From Armatimonadota bacterium (GTDB lineage: Bacteria; Armatimonadota; HRBIN16), in assembly GCA_963677485.1 (NCBI GenBank), contig OY781964.1:4580862-4644861 (forward strand): a DNA stretch of 64,000 bases, in the 5' to 3' direction. The position numbers and the translations under genes were made by a program. Position 1 is the first letter of the stretch. Each line of letters begins with the position of its first letter. Positions 57,908-64,000 of the stretch are shown one piece after another. A model generated the notes under the pieces. The model did not search any database. It was not told the DNA's origin and saw only the letters and a program-made list of their open reading frames with translations.

Positions 57908-60532
57908 ATGACTCGTAGTTGTCAGTTCTCAGTGATTGCTGTGGCGGTGCTGTCTACCTGCTTGGCTCAGGCCGCACCGTTGAGCGTACGTGTGGAAAGT
58001 CGATCGGGTGCCCCACGGATTTTGGTCAATAACAAACCGGTACGCGCTCGCATATTCTACGGCCAACCACAAGCGGGCTTACTACCCATCAAGGCGAAAG
58101 CACAGATGGTTGAATACGAGTTTGTGGCCAGTCAGACCGCGAGTGAGATCGCCACGATGCATCTTCGGTATGGACACCTGGCTGGAGAGTTGTATGTGGA
58201 CAACATCCATGTCGTTGATACGGGCACGGGGGCAGATGCTTTTCCTGAGTGCACCTTTGAGGGTGGGCTCACCTCATTTACCAACTCATGGGGGGTGTGG
58301 CCTCAAGCCGAGAACAACACGGTGGGTCAAATTAGCGTTGAGCCTGGCGTGGGGCAGAACGGATCGGCTGGGCTGCACATCAAGATCAACAACCCGCCGA
58401 ATAACAACTGGCCTGATTTTCACATGTATTATACCGGGAAGATGAGCATTATTGAGGGTCACAGTTACAAAGTCTCCTTCTGGGTAAACTCGACTACAGA
58501 GCGTGATATTACAAACACGTTTTATCGGCCAGGCGACTCATACACGATGCTCGGAGGGCCTCCTGGGCACTTCGAATCACAAGTCAAACTGGCGGCTTCA
58601 GCCGGAGTGGACTTTGTGAGCACAGCCATACCGTTGCCTTGGCCGAAACACGGTCAACCGGAGGACTGGCTCAGCGTAGAATCTGTGCTGAACAATGCCA
58701 TCAAGGCTAACCCCAAAGTCTTGTTGATTCCGAGGATCGGTGTCACAGCACCAAACTGGTGGTTTGAGGAACATCCTGACGAGCAGATGAAGTGGGAGAG
58801 CGGCAGCCATCCTCTGACGGCCTCACCAGTGTCTGACCTGTTCAAACGAGAAGCGTCTGTCAGACTTCAAAAGCTCATAGAGCATCTAGAAACCTCTATG
58901 GGGCAGCACATCGCGGGATACCATTTGAACGGCCAAAACACCGGTGAATGGTTCTATATGGATAGCTGGGAGCGGCCTCTGAACGGCTATTCCGAATGCG
59001 ACAAGCTGTCGTTCCGTCAGTGGTTAACAACAAAATACAAGACCGATGCAGCACTGCGAAAGGCCTGGAATCAAACCGACGCCAGTTTGATGTCCGTTGA
59101 AGTTCCCAGTGCGGCCGCGCGTCACAGCAGCCCGGGCGGAATCTTCCGCGACCCGAGGACCGAACGATCTGTGATGGATTTCGTGGAGTTCCAGCAGAAG
59201 AGCATGGCAGACACGGTGTGCGACTATTCGGCGGTGGTGCGTAAAGCCACTGCTGGACGCAAGCTGGTGCTGGTGTTCTATGGCTATGTGTTTGAATTCG
59301 CGCCGATGTCCACTGGTGCTGGGTCATCTGGACACTATGCTCTGCGGCAGATTCTGAATAGCCCGAATATCGACATCGTCTGCTCTCCAATATCGTATGG
59401 TGACCGCGGTAGGGGACAGTCTGGTCCGTGTATGACCACTGCGGAGAGTGTGACCATGGCCGGTAAGATGTGGCTGAACGAGGACGACACTCGCACCTAC
59501 TTAACGAAAGAGGAAAATTTCCCCGGAGCCGAACACATTTTGACTTCAGCCGAACAGACTAACGAGTTGCTGACCCGCAATGTGGCCCAAGAAGCGACCC
59601 GCAACTTTGCCACCTGGTGGATGGATCTGCCCGCAACGGGATGGTATGACGATCCGGCCTTGTGGGCTCGAATGAAGCAGTTGGCTCCTCTGGATGATTA
59701 TTTCGTTAGAAATGCCATACCATATAAACCGGAAATCGCATTGGTACTCGACGAAAAGAGCATGCTGATGTTATCCGACGGGGCGGACAAGGTCGCAGGA
59801 CCACTGGTCGCGGAGGTTCGCCGTGAGTTGAGCCGCGTAGGAGCACCATACGGGCAGTATCTACTGGATGATGTGGTGAACGGTAAGGTCAAGGCGAAGA
59901 TGTATGTGTTTGCCGCGGCCTGGAGGCTGGACTCTAAACAGAGAGCGGCTCTGCTGAAGGCTACCAAAGGCAGCGTATGCATCTGGGCATATGCTCCTGG
60001 GTATTTCGACGGGCTCTCGCCTTCGATCCAGTCGATGAAGCAGCTAACTGGGTTCGCAGTCAAGAAGATCGAGCTGCCACAATCCTATGCTATTCCTGCG
60101 AGCAAGGAACTTAAGGGCAGCATGTTCTATGTACGGCCTGAGAAGATGTCACCGACCTTCGCGGTGACAGATGCTAAACAGCCGGAAATTCAAGCGAAGT
60201 ATCCTAATGGCTCTGTGGCTGTGACCGTGCGTAAGCGCGAGGGCGGTGTCTCGGTGTTCTGGGGCACGCCAGGCTGGAACAGACTGCTGCTGCGTAAACT
60301 GGCCGCTTCAGCCGGGATACACCTCTATGCACAGCAGGATTGCGTGGTGTATGCCAACGGCGACGTGCTGGCGGTGCATTCGGTCAAAGACGGCAAAGTT
60401 CAGATTGATACAGGCCGTAAGGATCCGGTATTCGATCTGCTGACCGGAGCAAAGTTAGGCGTGGGGCCGAAGATCACCTTGACGATGGACTATTCACAAA
60501 CACGTGTGTTGAAGATTGGCCCCATGAAGTAA
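57908..60532 (+). CDS. Secreted glycoside hydrolase-like protein: N-terminal CBM-like beta-sandwich plus GH42-like TIM barrel
   Basis: ATG 57908 gives signal peptide MTRSCQFSVIAVAVLSTCLAQA. The track extension to 57569 overlaps the divergent gene. The middle region (PNWWFEEHPDEQM...AGYHLNGQNTGEWFY...FRQWLTTKY) resembles the GH42-type layout. Confidence 0.45.
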   Translation: MTRSCQFSVIAVAVLSTCLAQAAPLSVRVESRSGAPRILVNNKPVRARIFYGQPQAGLLPIKAKAQMVEYEFVASQTASEIATMHLRYGHLAGELYVDNIHVVDTGTGADAFPECTFEGGLTSFTNSWGVWPQAENNTVGQISVEPGVGQNGSAGLHIKINNPPNNNWPDFHMYYTGKMSIIEGHSYKVSFWVNSTTERDITNTFYRPGDSYTMLGGPPGHFESQVKLAASAGVDFVSTAIPLPWPKHGQPEDWLSVESVLNNAIKANPKVLLIPRIGVTAPNWWFEEHPDEQMKWESGSHPLTASPVSDLFKREASVRLQKLIEHLETSMGQHIAGYHLNGQNTGEWFYMDSWERPLNGYSECDKLSFRQWLTTKYKTDAALRKAWNQTDASLMSVEVPSAAARHSSPGGIFRDPRTERSVMDFVEFQQKSMADTVCDYSAVVRKATAGRKLVLVFYGYVFEFAPMSTGAGSSGHYALRQILNSPNIDIVCSPISYGDRGRGQSGPCMTTAESVTMAGKMWLNEDDTRTYLTKEENFPGAEHILTSAEQTNELLTRNVAQEATRNFATWWMDLPATGWYDDPALWARMKQLAPLDDYFVRNAIPYKPEIALVLDEKSMLMLSDGADKVAGPLVAEVRRELSRVGAPYGQYLLDDVVNGKVKAKMYVFAAAWRLDSKQRAALLKATKGSVCIWAYAPGYFDGLSPSIQSMKQLTGFAVKKIELPQSYAIPASKELKGSMFYVRPEKMSPTFAVTDAKQPEIQAKYPNGSVAVTVRKREGGVSVFWGTPGWNRLLLRKLAASAGIHLYAQQDCVVYANGDVLAVHSVKDGKVQIDTGRKDPVFDLLTGAKLGVGPKITLTMDYSQTRVLKIGPMK

Positions 60533-60542
60533 GAACAGATCA

Positions 60543-60581
60543 CACCACCAGCCTTTGGATATTGTTCTTAGGCTGGTGGTG
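60543..60581. terminator. Hairpin between convergent genes (possible bidirectional terminator)
   Basis: 12-bp stem caccaccagcct / aggctggtggtg with a 15-nt loop. There is no strong T-run on the plus strand. Confidence 0.4.
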
Positions 60582-60588
60582 GACACTC

Positions 60589-61992
60589 TCAGCCGCTTGC
60601 GGTATCTGCAGCCGTTGTGGCGAGTGGGTGGCGTTTGTGCCCCAAGTCCAGCGTGTTTTCGAGCAATCCTTGAAAATGGGGAAGCAGTCCAGCCCGGATA
60701 ACAGCCGTCCAGAACCATTCACTGCGCTTCCAGCCAACCGCGTAAGCTAGATGCTGGATTCGTCCTGGCAGGCTATTTCTCGTAAGACAGCTCTTCCAGA
60801 TACTCGATAAAGAATAGAACCGGCGGTAGCTTCGCCAGTAACCCTCCTCCAACTGACTAGGTGTCATGTGCAGCGGCTGGTATACACAATGTCTTGTGTC
60901 GTACATGTCCCAATCGTCAGTCAGTATACGCCCTTGCTGTTTCATCTGTTGGTATATGGCGCTGCCCGGATACGGTGTCAGTATATGAAAAGTGGCGGTC
61001 TCTAGACCCATCTCAAGAGCCCAGTCTACTGTGGCATCAAAGACATCCGTATCTTCAGCGTCAGCACCGAAAACAAAACTGGCGTTCGCCATCACCCCGC
61101 ACTCTCGCAGCCTTCTCACAGCCCGGTGGTAGTCCGCAACGGTGTTCTGGTATTTGTGATGCTCCCTCAAGCTTGCTGGGTTAATACTCTCAAATCCGAT
61201 GAACAGACTACGCAGTCCTGCTTCTGCGGCAGATTCGAGCAGCCCGGGCTGCAAAATAGACGCGACCGTCGCAGCCCCCTGAAACACACGGTTCATCCTG
61301 CGCATCTCCGTGAAAAGCTGTTTCGCAAATGCCGGTGCACCGAACAAGTGGTCGTCCAGAAAGAACAGGTGCCGGCCAGGCAACTGTTGGATCTGCTCTA
61401 GAGCATCGTCGACCCGCTGTGTGTAAAAGGAGGCTCCACCGTCGTAGAAGGAGTGCTTATAACAAAACTCGCAGTTGTGAGGGCAACCTCGGCTGACGAC
61501 CAGTGAGTTAGGCGTCAGATACCGCTCGCGTTTGATCAGGTCACGCCGTGGCTGAGGCATCCCACCCAGTGTGCGTGTGGTCGACCGATAGAGGCGCTCA
61601 GGAGTTCCCCTTAGCAGGTCCTGTAGATACCTTGGCCACGCTTCCTCCGCCGGACCCAGTATCACGGTGTCGGCGTGTTGCAAGGCCTCATCGGGCAGAG
61701 CTGTGGTATGCAGGCCTCCCAACACCACCCGCACACCGCGTCGTCGATAATGGTCGGCTATCCGGTACGAGCGGTTGGCTGATGTAGCATAGACCTCGAT
61801 GCCAACGAGCTCAGGTGTGTCGTCTAGAGTAAGTTCCTCCACATGTTCGTCAACAATTTCTACGGTGTGTGGGTCGGTGATGTAGCTGGCTAACGTAGCT
61901 AGTCCGAGTGGTGGGAACAGCGAATACTTCAGTGGTCGCCATTCGGGGCTATTGGCTTCTTTCAAACGGGGAAGGATTAACTTAACGTGCAT
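60589..61992 (-). CDS. B12-binding-domain radical SAM protein
   Basis: ATG 61992 with GGGAG SD. N-terminal B12-binding-like fold (MHVKLILP...LGLATLA). Radical-SAM motif SRGCPHNCEFC. Confidence 0.8.
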   Translation of the reverse strand: MHVKLILPRLKEANSPEWRPLKYSLFPPLGLATLASYITDPHTVEIVDEHVEELTLDDTPELVGIEVYATSANRSYRIADHYRRRGVRVVLGGLHTTALPDEALQHADTVILGPAEEAWPRYLQDLLRGTPERLYRSTTRTLGGMPQPRRDLIKRERYLTPNSLVVSRGCPHNCEFCYKHSFYDGGASFYTQRVDDALEQIQQLPGRHLFFLDDHLFGAPAFAKQLFTEMRRMNRVFQGAATVASILQPGLLESAAEAGLRSLFIGFESINPASLREHHKYQNTVADYHRAVRRLRECGVMANASFVFGADAEDTDVFDATVDWALEMGLETATFHILTPYPGSAIYQQMKQQGRILTDDWDMYDTRHCVYQPLHMTPSQLEEGYWRSYRRFYSLSSIWKSCLTRNSLPGRIQHLAYAVGWKRSEWFWTAVIRAGLLPHFQGLLENTLDLGHKRHPLATTAADTASG

Positions 61993-62054
61993 GGTATCAT
62001 CTCCCTGGCTTTCGTGATACATATCATACGATACCAGAGCATACATACGTTACA

Positions 62055-63911
62055 TCATATTCGTTTGAATTTCTGATCCAACTCCTGGTTTGTCATGGTG
62101 AGTATCACGGGACGGCCATGGGGGCAGAGGTAGGGGTTCTCGGTTTCTGCCAGGTCGGAAAGCAGGCGTTCCATTTCGGGTGTCTCAAGGATGTCGCCAG
62201 ACTTGACCGCCATCTTGCACGCGGTGGTGGCGACTAACTGCTCAAAGCTGAGGGGGAGGCGTCTCTGTACGCTTAGCTCCGTCATCTCCTCCAGCATATC
62301 CTTAACTGTCTTCACCATGTCGGCGGATTTAATCCAGGCCGGTACGCCGCGTATGGCAAAGGCGTCCACACCAAACGGCTGCAGGAGAAAGCCCAGAGTG
62401 CGCAGCGATTCCAGCTTGCTGGCTGACAGCGCCGCGGTCCGCCGGTCCACATAGATCACCTCAGGGCTCAGCAACTGGGTAATGGGAATCGGGTTGGTCT
62501 CGCGTAATACGGTCAGTTTCTCGTAAAGAACCCTCTCATGGGCTACGTGTTGGTCGATGATCAATAACCCTTCATCGGTGGCGGCGATGATATAAGTCGT
62601 TTTGACCTGCCCAAGGATTCGGAAGCCCTCCAACATCTTCTTGTAGGGTTTCCGTAAAGATTCACTCGGTGCAGCAACGGCGAATGGGTCATACTCTTCG
62701 TCGCCTTGGGTAGTCTGAACGGCTGGGATAGATATGGTGCCCAACTCAAGGCCTGTCTTTTGTTCAAGCGCATCGTGGAACTGGCTCATATTCGGCAGAG
62801 AGATCGGGTTAGGCGATAGTTGCGGCCGCATGTAGCCTGGCATCGGATTTGAGGCAGGCTGGTCAAATTGCATCGGTTCCGTCTGCATTGCGGTCGGCAT
62901 CATGCCCCCGTCAATTAAAGCGGATCGGATGGCTTGCCTGACCAGGTGGTAAATCTGGTTGTCCAGTTCGAATTTCACTTCGGCTTTGGACGGGTGTACA
63001 TTCACATCAACCGCCTCTGGAGGCAGGTTGATAAACACCGCGCAGGCCGGAAACCTGTTCTCCGGGGTGATCGACCGAAATGCGTCGTCCAGTGCGCGGG
63101 TCAACACGCGATGACGCACCAGCCGCTTATTGACAAAGAAGCTCTGCATCGCACGATTGGCCCGTGACACATGGGGAGGTGAGACATAGCCGTCCACACT
63201 CATGTGTCCCATTTGAAACATGATCGGCCGCATTTCACGTGCGACCTCTCGTCCAAACACAGCCATGACTACGTTCTTGGGGTCTGATGCTCCCTGGCTG
63301 GTTAACAACACCGTTCCGTTGTGTTCCAGCTTGAACCGCACAGCCGGGTTGACCAGAGCCAACCGTCCAACGACCTCAACGATGTGCCCAAGTTCGGTAG
63401 GGGTTGACTTTAGAAACTTCTGTCGGGCTGGAGTATTGAAAAACAGCTCCTTCACGGTGATGGTGGTTCCCACCAGCGCAGATAGCTCCTGAGCCGTCAC
63501 CACCTCGCCGGCCTCAATAACAAGCTGGAAAGCCACGGCATCATTAGGACGGCGTGTCAGGATCTCAAACCGCGAGACGGAGGCTATACTGGGCAGTGCT
63601 TCGCCGCGGAACCCTAATGTAGTGATATGGGGCAGATCATCTGCATCTGATATCTTGCTGGTAGCATGACGCTGGATGGCAAGCAGTGCGTCAGCTGGAC
63701 TCATGCCTGTTCCATCATCTTGAACACAGATGAGCTGTTTACCGCCGTCCTGAAGCACGATGCTGATGCTTGTGGCACCAGCATCCAGGCTGTTTTCTAC
63801 CAGTTCCTTGACTACAGAAACCGGCCTTTCGACAACCTCGCCAGCGGCTATCCGGTTGGCGGTATGCTCATCTAGCAGTCGTACGAGGCACTCCGAATTC
63901 TGAGTATCCAC
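62055..63911 (-). CDS. mutL: DNA mismatch repair protein MutL
   Basis: GHKL ATPase N-terminus IAAGEVVERPVSVVKELVENSLDAGA, the GFRGEAL block, and a C-terminal dimerisation domain with QHVAHERV and CPHGRP motifs. GTG start. Confidence 0.9.
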   Translation of the reverse strand: MDTQNSECLVRLLDEHTANRIAAGEVVERPVSVVKELVENSLDAGATSISIVLQDGGKQLICVQDDGTGMSPADALLAIQRHATSKISDADDLPHITTLGFRGEALPSIASVSRFEILTRRPNDAVAFQLVIEAGEVVTAQELSALVGTTITVKELFFNTPARQKFLKSTPTELGHIVEVVGRLALVNPAVRFKLEHNGTVLLTSQGASDPKNVVMAVFGREVAREMRPIMFQMGHMSVDGYVSPPHVSRANRAMQSFFVNKRLVRHRVLTRALDDAFRSITPENRFPACAVFINLPPEAVDVNVHPSKAEVKFELDNQIYHLVRQAIRSALIDGGMMPTAMQTEPMQFDQPASNPMPGYMRPQLSPNPISLPNMSQFHDALEQKTGLELGTISIPAVQTTQGDEEYDPFAVAAPSESLRKPYKKMLEGFRILGQVKTTYIIAATDEGLLIIDQHVAHERVLYEKLTVLRETNPIPITQLLSPEVIYVDRRTAALSASKLESLRTLGFLLQPFGVDAFAIRGVPAWIKSADMVKTVKDMLEEMTELSVQRRLPLSFEQLVATTACKMAVKSGDILETPEMERLLSDLAETENPYLCPHGRPVILTMTNQELDQKFKRI

Positions 63912-63916
63912 CAGGC

Positions 63917-64000
63917 TTACTTTTTACTTTTTGTTTTTGAAGTACTAGCCTTGGATGCGGCTAACTGTTTTGTCTCCGCAGGGGATAAGCGTGTGGTGAT
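63917..64000 (-). CDS. 3' end of an unidentified gene (Lys/Ser/Thr-rich tail), partial
   Basis: The minus-strand frame is open from the window edge (...ITTRLSPAETKQLAASKASTSKTKSKK*). The TAA stop lies 5 nt upstream of the mutL start. Too short to identify. Confidence 0.3.
   Translation of the reverse strand: MTTRLSPAETKQLAASKASTSKTKSKK

Noticed and set aside
1-64000. Search by eye for tRNA, rRNA, CRISPR arrays, transposases, integrases, prophage or toxin-antitoxin and defence genes.
   Set aside because: All intergenic gaps are 336 nt or shorter and contain only promoters, hairpins or the two repeat families. No ORF shows DDE, tyrosine/serine recombinase, Cas or typical defence-system motifs.

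Overview
The window is a 64-kb bacterial chromosomal segment, probably from a diderm organism because it encodes an LptF/G permease, an Skp/OmpH chaperone and an exosortase/EpsI pair. I cannot assign a taxon. Gene density is high: about 55 protein-coding genes, many joined by 4-nt ATGA/GTGA start-stop overlaps. I found no rRNA, tRNA, CRISPR array, transposase or integrase. Housekeeping genes lie at 1-9.9 kb, 15-26.4 kb and 60.6-64 kb: accB (partial), hom, lptF/G-like, glnD, a PduO-type adenosyltransferase, dprA, birA, pdxS, rlmN, skp-like, nadC, mgtC-like, era, topA and mutL. An envelope-polysaccharide island sits at 9.9-14.9 kb, with a GT39-like protein, a membrane protein, exosortase, EpsI and a GT4. 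A large glycan-catabolism-like region covers 26.5-60.5 kb. It holds a GH14-like protein coupled to nikR, two SASA-type acetylesterases (one catalytically degenerate), a Cys-type sulfatase, a metallophosphoesterase and a nitroreductase. It also holds two CUT2-type sugar ABC importers, a PMI-like cupin, a URO-D-family protein and two more GH-like proteins. The most unusual content is a tandem array of four paralogous ~445-aa proteins of no family I recognise (37.6-43.0 kb). The four differ in export signal: one Sec-type, one with none, and two lipoproteins. Next to the array is a 497-aa protein built from two copies of an unknown ~215-aa domain. Two families of intergenic palindromic repeats are present, and one family brackets the esterase/sulfatase block. 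All calls come from reading the translations and the DNA by eye; no database search was run.
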